Shown here: positions 26,901 through 41,900 of the stretch, in pieces
How the letters are laid out: each line of letters opens with the position of its first letter
Numbering within the stretch: position 1 is the first letter of the stretch
Assembly (NCBI GenBank): GCA_964035545.1
Contig: OZ037771.1
Coordinates: forward strand, 1,375,628 to 1,439,627
Direction: 5' to 3'
DNA from: Bugula neritina
Taxonomy: Eukaryota > Animalia > Bryozoa
Length of the DNA: 64,000 nt
The notes under the pieces: model-generated
The model's database searches: none
Told to the model about the DNA's origin: nothing
Seen by the model: only the letters and a program-made list of their open reading frames with translations
Translations under genes and position numbers: made by a program

Positions 26901-29900
26901 GACTGTGTTTCTTTAATAAGTTTTATTCTAAGCCTAGGGCCACACTGTGCGTATTTTCGCATGCGAAAATTGAAATCACAAGTAGCAAAGGTGTCCACTG
27001 TAGCGTCAGTGATGCGTGATAAATAAAGCTTTCATTTTTAAATCGCACTCGCTTTCAATAAAACGCAATTTACTGGAATGTAGCACTAAAATAAAGAAGT
27101 TGGGCTCGCTGAATAACCATCAGCCAATTAGGTGACGACGACAGAGACGATTCGCACTTGCGTTGAGAATGCAGAACGACAAGTGCGAAGGTTTTCTCAA
27201 CGCGCACAGTGGACACCTTTGCTACTTGTGATTTCAATTTTCGCATGCGAAAATACGCACCGTGTGGCCCTAGGCTAAAACTTCAGGCTACTTAGACTAC
27301 TTGTGTCAGGTGATGAAGAAATTGTAACGGAAGATGCTATGCCAAGAAAGCCTTGTACCTAGGAAGTGTTGTACTTACGAAAATATGCACCAATTACCTG
27401 TATGTTAGCTGTTATTGTAGCCTGGTTTTTAAGAGTTTCATATTTTATGGGCCTAACTTTAGTTTTGTTGAACTCAGACCGAGGTTTGAAGGCAAATAAA
27501 GTATAATCGTAGTCTTTATTTATGCTGTTGTAGTCCCCTGAAAGAGCAAATATTTATTAAAAGTTTGCTGTATTTATGAGCAGCTATGCTAGTATATTAA
27601 CTTAGTCACTGACTACTCTAACTATAATAACTACTATATTAACTACAATAACTACTACTGTAACTACAATAACTACTGCTTTAACTACAATAACTACTAC
27701 TTTAACTACAATAACTACTACTTGTACTACTAGTTTACATCCAATCAGCATTGGCATCTGAATATATGGTAAATAATACCCAATTTACAAATGCATATAT
27801 ATCTGATTAACGAAATATATCTAATTGAATTCAGTTTACAATTATTGCTTAGTTGAACAATAGTTTTACTACAGTCAAAGTTACCTTATGGTTATAGTAT
27901 GTTACTTATTTGCAGTAGTAAATACTAATTTCGGACACAACTGCTCTAATTACTAAGCTGAATTTGGCAAACTGAACAGCTATAATTAGTGGGCAGATAT
28001 TTCTATTGTCGCAGTCATTCTTTGGAACTCAGACTATTTTGAGAAACACTGACCTCTAAGCAGCATGTCTCCATCTTTTGTAGTTCTCAGGTAGTTGTTG
28101 TATTCAACAGTCAGGAAGTCTGAGATTTGCGTAGCCTCACTTTCGCCTGCCGTAGGTAAATCAACTGTTTTGGTAGAGGAGGTCCACCTACAATGTATGC
28201 GGCTGTACAACTGGAATAGCTCACAAAATTAGCAGGAAATCTTAAACAAGGGAATCAAAATTAAGATTAAATTGAAATCGGTACTTTGGTATATATAAAG
28301 CAGAAAGTTGTATGTAAATCAGTTACGTAACATTTGTTTGAAGTCATAATTTTTGTGAAACTCAATATTCAATCTTGGTGGTGAGCTCTAAGCTGATGAA
28401 GCAGACAAAATAGCCTGAGGACTTTTAGGTGCCCTAAAACTTGATCTAAGACGATCTTTAGCCCTTATATAATTCCTTCCCACATGCATAAACCTTATAA
28501 ACATTCTCAACGTAATTTAAATACACAATAACGCTATAGACTATATTTCTACAATGAATTAAGTTAGTACTGGCAGGAAATGTCACATACTCGTCGGGAG
28601 TGGGAACTACGATCCTGTAACTCAGTCTAAATACAGACTTGGGGAGCTTCCTCTTGATGTGACACTGAAACTGCCTGTTGAGATTCTCAAATACAGGTTG
28701 GACTAGGAACTGCACCGTATCACCTGTGATAATATAGTATAGTATATATAATAGTATAGTATATATAGTAGTAATATGATATAGTAGTAATATAAAATAA
28801 TTATACAAATATAATATATAGTAATATGAAATAGCAGTATAATATAGTAATATATTATATAGTAATATATTATATAGTAATAGTACAGAGTAATATAATA
28901 TATATAGCAACATAATATTAATATGATATACAGTAATATTATATATAGTAATATAACAAATCATAGTATTATAATTTAGTAATATGATTATTAGCAATAT
29001 AAATGGTAATATAATAATTATATAGTAGCCTAATATATAAAATTATATAATGCAGAGACTGTAACACAGTTTACAGCATATAACATATATTATAATATAT
29101 AAAATATAAATAATAAAATATATTGTAACAGTGATGTTTAATATAACACAGTATAATGTAATATAAAATAGCATATGACGTAATGTAGTGCAAATGCAAT
29201 TCTAAAAATCAAACTAATAAATTTTCTCTAGAAATATCAAAATAAGCAGGTGCTTTCAATTTGAGCATTAATTGTGATCATAGAAAGGTTACCTCCTTCA
29301 AGTCATGTTCAAATAGAAGAGAGAATATTAATACACTAACTACGAGTGATCATTATTGCAGACTAAACAAAGCTGAATACTATAAATAACTGTGCTTGTT
29401 CAACCTGTTCAATATTGCATGTTTTTTATTGCTGCCTTGCCACACGATTTTTGTAAGTTCTTTAAAACTTCATCAACTATTAAATAAAAAAATCAATTAT
29501 GATTTTTAAAAGGTTTTGCTCAAATTGTTGTTAATCAAGCCTATTAACAACTAAATTAATTGTCGGAAAAAGCACATTGTACTTTATAAGGGCAGCAGTA
29601 CTAACCTGTAGCACATTCTATAGCAGCAGCAGTACTAACCTGTAGCACATTCTATAGCAGCAGCAGTACTAACCTGTAGCACATTCTATAGCAGCAGCAG
29701 TACTAACCTGTAGCACATTCTATAGCAGCAGCAGTACTAACCTGTAGCACATTCTATAGGGGCAGCAGTACTAACCTGTAGCACATTCTATAGGAGCAGC
29801 AGTACTAACCTGTAGCACATTCTATAGCAGCAGCAGTACTAACCTGTAGCACATTCTATAGGGGCAGCAGTACTAACCTGTAGCACATTCTATAGCAGCA

Positions 29901-32900
29901 GCAGTACTAACCTGTAGCACATTCTATAGCAGCAGCAGTACTAACCTGTAGCACATTCTATAGCAGCAGCAGTACTAACCTGTAGCACATTCTATAGGGG
30001 CAGCAGTACTAACCTGTAGCGCATTCTATAGGAGCAGCAGTACTAACCTGTAGCACATTCTATAGCAGCAGCAGTACTAACCTGTAGCACATTCTATAGG
30101 GGCAGCAGTACTAACCTGTAGCACATTCTATAGCAGCAGCAGTACTTACCTGTAGCACATTCTATAGCAGCAGCAGTACTAACCTGTAGCACATTCTATA
30201 GCAGCAGCAGTACTAACCTGTAGCACATTCTATAGGGGCAGCAGTACTAACCTGTAGCACATTCTATAGGGGCAGCAGTACTAACCTGTAGCACATTCTA
30301 TAGGAGCAGCATAGCATTTGTCACTGGCAGCCTCTTTGCAATCCCTCTGAGCATGACAGGAAACGGCACAGCATGACTCATTGGCTCCGAGTTCTGCAAG
30401 TAGTTTTAGTTTTTCACTGAATTCAAGAAATTTATAATTAAAAAAAGAATTTAATTATTATATATAAAAATAATGTTGGCTAAAAACTGCTTATAAAATG
30501 GTTATAATACTGTAACTAATAAATTTTAATTTGATTTAAATTTTAGATATGCTAACTAATCATCAGCTAGGGTATATAATTTTTGTTACAAGATTTTGTT
30601 AAAATGAATTAGAAATAAATATTTACCACAGTTTTAAATAAATGCATTATAGCTCATTTTATAAGTTGAAGGAGTTGTGTCACCACCGTACATGTTGAAC
30701 GCTATCCCTATTTGCATTATTCAACTTCAGGGAATGAATTCTGGATATTATTTATAGTCTGAACCTTACATTCTATTTTTAGAAAGCTGTTGCAAGTAAG
30801 TCGTACTACACGGTGTTTTGTCTTCTAGCTACTGAGAAAGTTGTAGACCTTGTGCTTGATGTATGATATACAAAGCGATGGCAAACTAGAGCCTAACCTG
30901 TATCGGACTACAAACACGCAGCAAACCATCTATGAAGTATGATGCAGCAGCCCACACTAATTACAAAGGGGAAGAAGTTAGACATTAAACACCTATAGAG
31001 TTGTCTTTCCTTTACATGCTTAAGTTATGGAGTCACTTCACCGCAAGCACTGCAGCCAATTACAACAGTTTTGGATATAGCACAAAGAAAATATGTTACC
31101 TGGAATTTTATAGAGTTTATCGGGTGTCTCCCACCCCAGCCACCTATATCCACCTTACAAATAAGACCACTACTACATAAATCTGAGCAATTATAACTAT
31201 ACGGTTATATAGCTGGCAAAAGGGAAATTAAAAAAAATTAAAAGTTACGCTTTTTGAATTAATAGAGCTTAATGAAGTTATTAAACATTTAGCACTACTA
31301 CAAGAGATAACAACAAGACACACCTCCACATTTGTAGTTGTTAAAGCATTCCTTGCACTTCCAAATAGACTGTTTACAGACCATAGAAGGGAATGAGAGA
31401 GGGTTGTCTCTGGTTAGCGTCTCGTTAAATATATCAGCTAGCAAAGGGGTTCTCTCATTGCATGCTACGCTATTGCCTTCGTTGTATACTTGCTTTAGTT
31501 CTTGAGTCTGCAGCGATTCAAACTTTGTATTAAACGCGTAACCATAGCAACCAGGTTTATACAAAGTATGAGATTCGCATAGTAACATGTTTCATATTAA
31601 TGGTGAAGTACTTTGTAGCATACAAGAAAGGAGTTACGATAACATAGCCACAAGCAGCAAAGGATCAGCGCACTCATGCATACGTATGAAGCGCAGAAGA
31701 CCACAGAACTCTGGAACTAAGGCTAGGGTTAGTCTTGCCGTGTGCTACTGTGAAAGTTGAATATAAGCAGTTGACAGTCTGTTATAGCAGAACTACATGC
31801 TAGTCCCTTGAGAGGAGAGACAACTCCTAAGGAGAGACAACTCCTAAAAGTTTTGTAACATGAATACTTTGCACACTAATCAGTGTATGGAAGCTAGAAA
31901 CAGTCTGTCCATTTGAATATTAATTAGAGTCCCTAGTAAAGCTTGAAAGCATGTAGTTCATGCAATGATATTTGTTGCTTCAATTAGTTTTTAAAATGCA
32001 ACGGTTTGAATTTTAAATTTTTCAGCTTACCAAACAATCGCTCAGTTGCCCTAAACATGCAGAATAACACACAGGCACTAAAACACTCTATGCTATACTT
32101 GAGTCAAGAAAAACACACCACCATTGGAAGTGTGTAACATATTTGATCCCATATCCCATTGGTTAGTATTACACACATGGTGACAAGTGCTCATAACTCC
32201 AGTACACAGGGCAGGCTGGTTTTTATACCAGCAAACAGGTTTGGGTGTATTTAGCTAAAAAAAATTTAATTTAATAATTTCCATAAATTGTGTTGATATT
32301 GTTCAAGTTTCTGTGAAAAATAAACAAAACATTGCAGTTGTTGGCTAAATACTCCCAAACGGCACGCAGCAAACGTTTTCTACTGAATATATACAAGGTG
32401 TATCTTACATAGTCGTATTCGGGAGACTGAAAAATACAGACATAGAAAGTGGAAATCAGTTGCCTAGTCGGAGAGCACTGATAATCTACATAATCACATC
32501 CTCGCTGCCATGTTATAGAAATGACATGGTGGACTTTTCATACAATGATGAGACCAATTGGTGCACTGTGGCATGTGATGGGATAAGTTGAAGCCAAACA
32601 CACCTGATGATAGCTGTCAATAGTTATGTCAGCCTATCACAGACTTGCACATCAATGGCCTATATAGTTAGGTTTGGAATATATATATGTGTGACCTATA
32701 TAGGTGTGACCTATATAGGTGTGACCTATATAGGTGTGACCTAAATATTAATTGCCAATAAGTGTGTTGCTGACACATCTATGGCTTACTTAATGCACAT
32801 CTACTATAATATATAGGGTAATAACAAGGCCTGAATTTAATGTATATTTCTAAATACTTGAAAATCACATGAATATTTGCATATAGTTTTCATAAGTAGG

Positions 32901-35900
32901 CTATATTTATTCTAGCATCAAAGTATGACCACATATCTTATAGAAATGCACCCACATCTGTCTCTGTAGATATTTATTGGTGATAGTTAACTATGCTGGC
33001 AGCGCGGTTTGCTGACTCCTCGACATCACCAATGAATAGCACTGCTAGAGCTAGAGCTCATGACCCCTGAACCATATCGACTCACAAATTTATTCATTTA
33101 CAGTTTTTACTTTTGACCTATATTCAACCTGTTTCTCTTTCACTTACGGTAAGTCTGCGATTGAAAATTATTTCCAAGTTTCTATCTACGATATTATCTG
33201 GTAACACATGATGAGAAATACGCCAATCCACTCAAACTGCTAATCTAGGTGCAGAAATTCGTGTCGTTAGTTCTGTCACAACTCGGATATCAAACGTATT
33301 CACAGATGAGTCATAAAAGAACTATTTAATAAGAGGTCTACTTTTTATATTATGCTTGACAAACTACCACAATGATCTCTTATATTCTAGCAATCAAAGG
33401 GTTATGCCTCTTGATAGAAAATCACAATATTATAGAACAGAATTCAATTAGATCTAGTAAAGTACTGTATATCTAAAGAATAAAAGACTTGAATGCTTAC
33501 TTTCTAGTATTGATAGATTTTTTTGTAAAATTTTTCAAATTAGAACTCATTAGCACTTGAATATCGAATTTTTAAACAGTCTGAGTCGTGGTTAAATAAG
33601 ATGGCGAGGTAAGCTAGAAGCACACTAACTCTCTCATAGTTAAAGGCACTAATGATTATTGCAAGAGTTAATGTGAGTTAGAAATAATAAAATTAGTCTA
33701 TAGTTGAGCTGTAAGACGGGTAGCAGTAAAAACCTGACTTACTGTTTTAGGACATTGAGTATTGTAAGTGCGGAACCTATAGATCTGTCCATCAGAGAAT
33801 CTGGGGGGACAATTCATAAGAGTGCTGTTACACACTATGTCCTGCACCACGGTGGTCCTGTCCTTGAACTTGGTCATGGTAAGGATGTAGTAGTCTGGAA
33901 TAGGACTCCTAGAGGTGATGAAAAGATATCTATATTAGAGATAAATTATAATATCACTATAAGGTTTTATTAATTAGCAAATATAAGTAACAGTCAAAAT
34001 ACATATATTTATGTTTAAACTTCAAACTCATGCTTTTAAAAATATTTTAAAAAAATAAAATTTGGTTTGTTTAACCTCTAAAAGCTTAACTTATAAATTA
34101 GTTAAAAAGTGAGTATATGAATAAATATTTAGCAAAAAGGGAATTGATGAGGTCTTCAGTTTGGAATATGTAAAGAATGAAAACAATGGCACCAATATTG
34201 CTCACCTGCATTAATTATAAACATGTGTTGCTTTTACCTGCAGTCATTGAAAATGATTTTGTTGAGCTGCGCCTTCTGCTCTGGAATGAGAGTCTGAACA
34301 ATGACATTGTCATTCTCATGAGCCACATCTGTGAACTCGGGTATCAAACTAAAATCTGGAAAAGTGGCAACAGCATAAATAGAACATGATTAAACATATT
34401 GTACAAAATTTAAAGGAATTTTATTGCCCATAGTTGGAGTATCAAGCTTTTGGGTGAAGCTTTTAGAGCTAGCATTCTAGTTTGTAGTTTCAAAAGACAG
34501 CTTGTTGATTGAAGATATAGCTAAGCAGTAATATAGTGTAGTTGTGTTGTAATACAGAGCATCTACACAGTAATATATTATACATATAAAATAATATAGT
34601 ACAGAAACACAGTATTATAGCATTGTTATGTTGTGGTGTATAGTGTATTTATTTGTATGAATACAGTATAGTTGTGTTACATAATATATTCAGATTTATG
34701 AGTCATAAACACTCACTCTTAACTTCACCGAGTATTCTAACTCCAGAGTCTCGAGTCAGTGAGAATTTGCTCAGCAGCGAGTTGGATGTCGCAAAGACGA
34801 GGTGATTCTTATCTTCCATGTCGTGTAACTTCTCAACAAACACGTTTGGAGATGTCTTAAGGGACACATGTTTAGCTAGTCATAAGAAACAAAATGTGTG
34901 AGAATATATATCATTTCATGGCTGTATAGTTTTATAAGCACTAGTAGCTCATTAATAGCGTGCTGTAGAATAATTCGTTATGACTAGAACACACAAACCT
35001 ATTTTAGTTTAGTATTTAAAGCAATTATTTAATAGTTTATTTAAAGTTTTAATACAAGGCAGTGATCATTAAGCAAGGGGATTGCCTTAAACCGTGGATA
35101 TCAACTAGTAAGTTAGGAATGTGAGCTAGAATGAAAGTTGATATAATAGTTGCAGCAGATCAGAATAACTGGTGACTGATTCACTGGAACCAAGGCTTGC
35201 AGGAAAAATGAAGCTTGTTGTCTCAAAACTTTTTTTTCAATGTATTAGCAGGAAAATTGAAACCCCATGCAAAATACTGCCTCTATTGCAGGTCTATAAA
35301 ATTATACATGCTACAATACTTCATTTCTTCTCATAGGAGTTTCCAATCTTGCAATGTGATAACTTTATAAAAAGAATTTAAAATTCATAGTAAATCTTTC
35401 TGTTATAAATGAGTAACTCATTTCCTGTTCTGTAATTTGAACAGAAGTATATGAAAGGTAGAAGTTGCAACAATGTTGGAAAGAAGACAACTCTATACTA
35501 AGTTTGTTTATTTTCCTTTAGAAAACACTCAACTATTTATACAAACTCCAAGTCTATGGTTGCTACAAGGTTCTGAGCCTATACCCTGTTTAGCCCAAGA
35601 ACTCTACTGCAGGTTGTGTGTTCACCCACTCATTGCTTACATTACGTTGGAATGGCAGCTATCTCACACCACAGCAAGTTATCCGTAAGCATATAAACAT
35701 GTGACTAAAACTGGCAGCAATACGAATCTGTCTATTTATAAAAAAAGAGGTAAATATTTTAAAATTGCTTTTGTTTTGATTATATAACTTAAAAGTGTAT
35801 AATTACGCATAAAATAAGTAAACAAACAATCTAAGTTTCAATCAGCAATTCAGAACTCTTAATGCTGCCAGTTGAAAGCATGTGGTAGTCATTTAGCACA

Positions 35901-38900
35901 ACAATGCGGCAGCACATGCAACATACTTACAGTTGATGACAGTAGCATTGGCATACTGTAGATATGGCTGAGCCACATCTTATGTTGAAGAAAATAAAAA
36001 CAAAATTGAGAAAACGACAACAAAGAGAGTTGAAATAAAACGAGAAGATGATAGCAGAATAAGTAGTCTTAGATTCTAGGTTAGATGAAAACTCTAAAGT
36101 CTAGTTAGCAAAATTTTTACAGATAATCAAAAACCCAAGCCTGGAAAAATTGTTATTATGAACAAGCCTATTAAAAGTAAGCAATCAATAAAAAGAGTTA
36201 GATTCAATAAAGATATATAATTTATGGAATATATTGAGTTGCTGTTAAGAAAAGAGTAGCAAAGTCATTAGGAAACTTGGACATACAAAGTGTGTCAGTC
36301 ACAACATTTAAAGAAACATTTACATGTTTAAACTACAATAGAGAAGTAACAGCTGTTGCAGGCATATTAGTAATCAATTAGTTAACTAAATCAGTTCGAG
36401 CAAGTATATTGCAACACGATGGTTATAGGAATGAAAAACGCAGACTATTCAAGTTAATCAGCAATAATCAAACAGAATACAGACTGGAAGCTAATTTGAG
36501 AAAATGGTGTTTTGAAAAATGTTTTTGCTAAACAATAATTTTCATGATGAAATACTTACCCACACACTGAGTGTCTTCTATCCCATTACATGGCTTGTAC
36601 GTAAACGAAGCTCCCATACACTTGGAACATGCTAAAATACATGTCAATGCTGATTGATTGAAGAAAATCACTGCATATAAAATGTTGAATTTTTACTACA
36701 TACTAAGCAGTAGGTTACAGGGTGTTGCTATTCTACAATATTCTACAGAAGGCATTAACAGACAAAATGATATTATAATACTTATAAAATAATACATATT
36801 AAACAATTTTTAACTTAAATCTAAAATTATTGCCACAGTTTTGTGTTTTAATTCCGGAAACAATTAACATCAAAAACTATTTTATCTGAGAATGCTCCAA
36901 ATTTAGTTAAGAAACTCATCTAAGAATTCTAGCTTAAGGATCTACATTCTAGCATTTTAAAATAAAGTTTGCAGTAAATTTGATTAGTCTAACATGCATG
37001 ACTTTATAGCTCAAGTTTTAGTTAGCCTAAGAATCTTTTAGAATTATCTCCTCTGTATGTAATAATTATCTCAATGTTTACCCATCAAAACACAATGCAC
37101 ACCCTATAATCACAACAGATTAGGGTTAGCATACACACCAATAGATTAAGCTGAAAAAGGTTAAATAGGGGAGATAACTACTGCATTTATAAGAAAATAT
37201 TTAAAAGTAAAAACATACGGTGACAAGCTCTATCTGCTGTGGTGTTACAAGGAGAAACCTGGTAGAAACCTTCGCCACATCCTACTGTACAAGCTGGAAA
37301 AAGCAGGAAATGAGTCATGCCAAGAGAGAATACAATACAAGAGAGAGTACAACACAAAAGAGAATACAGTACAAGAGAGAATACAGTACAAGAATTGAAG
37401 GACTTTAAGCATTTATTTTACAATATATTAGAATATTTGTCTGAACTATAGAATTTTAAATTATATTAAAAATATTGAGCTTATAAATTGTTCAAATACA
37501 GTTTTTCTATGTTTTCTAATCTTTTGATAACTTTTAAAAATTAAAGTTTAAAGAGACAGCAAACTTTGAAATTAGGAATTGTCGAAATGGTAAATTTGAA
37601 GGCAAGGTGAAGGCAAAGTTTTAGAAATAATTAACTGGTCTGTTTAGAGAAAATGAAGGCAACTAGGAAACCTAGGCAGCCTAAAACTAAGTGTGAAATT
37701 ATTTAATAGTGTAAACTCAACAATATATTATTACAAAGTCTTTCCCCTGATATGTGTACAGTGTATGGCTTATAGCATGTCTAGGTATATATAGTAGTAT
37801 AATATATGTAGTTGATATAGCAGGCTACTACAAATAATATAGCTACACAGGAGTGATGTAGAGGTGCTCTACAGATATGCAATTCTAGACATTAGGAGCA
37901 GCAGTGGAGAAATTGAGATAGCCTAAGTTCTTCAATTTTATTATTAAATTTTGGTTTAGGGCTCGGGTTGAAGTTCTTGCAGGAACATAACTTCTTTTGC
38001 TGCATTTCTAATCTATAACACATGCTTTTTCTCAATTTCTCCATTACCTCTTTCTAAAAGCATCCTTGAAGAAAGTATTTTTTGAAGACTTTCCTCTGAA
38101 CCTTTGCTTTTACAGATCAATGTTTCATCATATCCTCTAATACCGAATCACTGATGCGCCAAGCAGTATTAGCTGAGGAGAATATTTTATTAAGTAAATT
38201 TAGCTTTTTTTCAAGTAATATGTTTCAATCAGACTTAAATTTTGTAATTAAAATTTTAAACCCAAACTTATATATATTCTTTAATGTTGTAGTTTATTAT
38301 TTTAAACTACAACTAAAACTAAAACTAATCACATTTGTGGTGTGCTGCAGGTATAACATGAAATAAATTATAGATAATGTTTATATTTAAAACAGTATAC
38401 TGCACCTATACGTAACAATAAACAGATATATTATTTCTCTAATATATTATATATCAATGAACTCTTTCTGTGCTGCAGACTGTATTTTATATCAAACATA
38501 CTCTGACAATGATCTCCATTCCAGAATAGCCCTTGGTTACATATGCAAGAGTAGGATCCTGGTGAGTTAGTGCACTGCATGTTGGGAGGACATCTACCCA
38601 TCTCGCACTCATTCACATCTGCCACGTTAATACACAAACAAATGGTTGACTAGAACAATACTCTTTGCTATCATTTTCAGACTTGTTTAGACATTTCAAA
38701 ACTTAAATTAATTTAACAAATTACTAACTACACAAACTCATTGCTTGTGATACAAATCAAATTGATTGATTACAAAGGTCCAATTTCAAAATTTAGTTTC
38801 AATATTTAATAATTTGTCATTGGGTTTAATATTATAAATTACAGTTTGAAAATGGGCAAAGTGAACAGAGAACGACATTCAGGGTTTCTATAGTAGGAAG

Positions 38901-41900
38901 TATTTAAACATCAAAACATTTAATGCTACTAGACAAGCTGGCACTTTATGGCAGGTAAGAACAGGTGTTTGTTACAACATCATAATCAATAATTAAAACT
39001 TATATGTTAATTTGTTGAATTTGAAAAAATGGAACGAAAAGAACAATACTTTATTTACATAGACTGAGCACCAACAATGCACTGACCTACACACACTTGC
39101 TGGTTGTTTAATTCCCACCCTCTCTTGCACACACACTTCTGAGTCTTCCAGTCACAGCCAAGGTGTGTCTGATTGGGTGCAGTCGGGCAGATTGTCTTTG
39201 GAGTACAAGAATTCACACTTGGGTCTAGAGTATCCACCTGGTCCAGGTCTGAGAAAGAGGCTTAAAGTAAACTAATCTAGCAAAGTTTATATTACAGATT
39301 GTAAAAGTCACTAATTGCTTATTAATGCAGTCATATCGTTATGCCATATAACCATTTGCTGCTCTAAAACTGTGAATCCCTTGGAGTGAAAATTTTTTAG
39401 ATAGTTACAAATTTGAAATTTTGTGATTATTGGATTTTATAAAAAGTTATAAATTTAATTTTAATTGCAGTTAAAGTAATAGATTTGAAGTGGTAAAATA
39501 TGAAGTTACATGTTATAGGCATAACTTGCATGAATGCATAAAATCACAACTTTTGAACTAATAAAGCTAAGCAAGTAATATGGTATACAAGATTAGCTCA
39601 GTAAAAACAATGAACATGGTTTTAACAATTTCAGCTGTTTGTGCTACTTACATGTAACACATTATAATATATAATATTATTTAATTTAATACAGTGTAAT
39701 TTTTGATATAATATACTAATATATAGTATATTTCAAGTAATAAAATGTATTTAAAAGTTAAAATTATTGCTGCATTATGTATTTTATTTTATTACATAGT
39801 AACATGAAGTGGGATTTTAAAGTTGTAATAAATTTAATGCAACGTAAAATATTTCACTAAAATTTTATAATAAAGGATGCAATAACACAATATAGCAATT
39901 TATAAGTTTATAATTTTTAGGGAATAAAAATATGCTCAGTTGAAAGTTATATGTGAATCACTTTATTAAATATTAAATACTCATTAGTGGAATAACATAT
40001 GAATATTATATAGCTCTTATATACTATCTATTGTTCTAATAAACTTACCAAAAGTCCTAAACTTTGCTTTGTTGGCCAAATACCAAGGAGTTGGTTGAAA
40101 TACTGAAGGACTGTGTCGATTTGAATACAGGTGGATGCTGTCTACAAGCATGCAATGACAGAAGAGGATTACTTTCAGCTACTGGCTAATTTCTGTACTG
40201 GTAGCTGTGGAGAATATAAACAGCCTTAAGTTCTAAACACTCCTTACAAATATGTGCACCAAAACAAATATATTTTTTGAAACAAATTTGCAATAAATCC
40301 TTAGCTTATTATGAATAGTTTGACATTCAACACTCTCAATAAAAAGTTATGAAGCAAAATTTTCTAAATAAAAAGAAAACAAGTGATGCGTAGAATACAC
40401 TTACTGATCTTTACATCTGGAGGTATGAATATCATGATTTCAACGCTGACGTCGTCATGACATAGAGTGTAGACGCATTGAGCCACAACAGATAGAACAC
40501 AGACTACCATCACAGTTCTGCCTAGTAAAGTTGAGCCTAGGTAACCTCCGCCACCCCCTCCGCCACCCCCGCCGCCACTCCCGCTGCCATGATGACGGGG
40601 TCGCGACTCCCTGCTGAAGGACTGCTCACCTGTGATTGGTTGAATACAAATATTATTGTTTCATAAAATAAGCAGTTGTGATCTCCTACTCAGCTAGTTG
40701 ATGAACAATATGCCCAAGTCTCACAATTTATTACATTTTTTAGTAAAAATAATAGCAATCTGCAGCTTTTTTTATAATTAGAAAAATAAGGTCAGGAAGA
40801 CGAAATGTACCATCATATTACACTTTATCAAATTTTGTGAATAAAGGCATATAATGCAAAATTTAGCAACTTAACAGTTATTGAATGCATGGTATTTTTT
40901 TGTTTTGTTGAAATAACATAATTATTTGAGACAGCATCAGTGCAGTCATCACTTTATACAATTAGTTTAGTTAAGTTGCTGCGAGACTTACTCTCAGCAT
41001 CACTAGATTGGGCCAGAGGTGGAGGGAGAGTTGTTGGTGGCTTCGGCCGGTTCTTGTCAATGGCAGCATATGTGGGATCAGCTTCGGAATGTTTGGGAGT
41101 CGTCTCCATATCAGAAGTTGCCCCTTTATCAGAAGTTGTCTGCCTATCAGAAGTTGTCTCCTTTGTGGAAAAGTGAACAGGCGTGTGACGGCGTTTTATA
41201 GAAGACATGGAAATGTCCTCGTATGAATTGCTGTCTACGGAAACCCCTGTGTACAGAGAAATATTACATGTATTTATGACGCTACCAGCTATGAATTGGT
41301 ATTGAATAAAGAGCTTACTACTTTTGTCATGTTTATTTGCAAATCTAAAAAACAATGTCGTGTGAAAACAACATGTCTTAGATGTAGAGTTTCATATGAA
41401 ATATTATTTCCAGTTGAAAAAATACCGTCATGTTAACTAGCTTTATTAACTATAGCAAATTTAAAGTGAAATTAACTGTGATAACAATTTAGTTTACATT
41501 AATACATTATTAAGATATTTTACATTATACAAAACACATTTATTTTATCAGATTGCTTAGTTATATAATATAATAACTATACTGAATAATATAATAACTA
41601 TTACTTAATAATATAATAACAATACTTAATAATATAATAAATAATGTCAATAAAAAGAGAAACTTGGTTATTTTATACAGTTTCTCTTGCTTCACAAGAT
41701 TGTAGAAAGGTAGAGATTGACAAGAGAACACAATACTCACTGAATGATGATCCACTAACATCAAACTCAACAGGTGGAGGTGGTGGCGGAGGGGGTAACT
41801 CTGCATCATATGTACTATATTCTTTTTTTGAGTTTTTAGGAGGCTCGTCGCATGAGTGTACATCAGTCTAAAGAGAATAGACAAATGATGAGACATTGTC

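Noticed and set aside
30898-30957. Extra exon candidates (also 35585-35967, 45015-45036, 32490-32603)
   Set aside because: They break splice phase or introduce stops; the flanking exons join in frame without them.
31624-31677. Possible separate start MSALILCCLWLCYRNSFL splicing to 31507
   Set aside because: Upstream exon 33908-33743 joins 31507 in phase and continues the same Cys-rich domain. An internal start is unnecessary, though an alternative isoform cannot be excluded.
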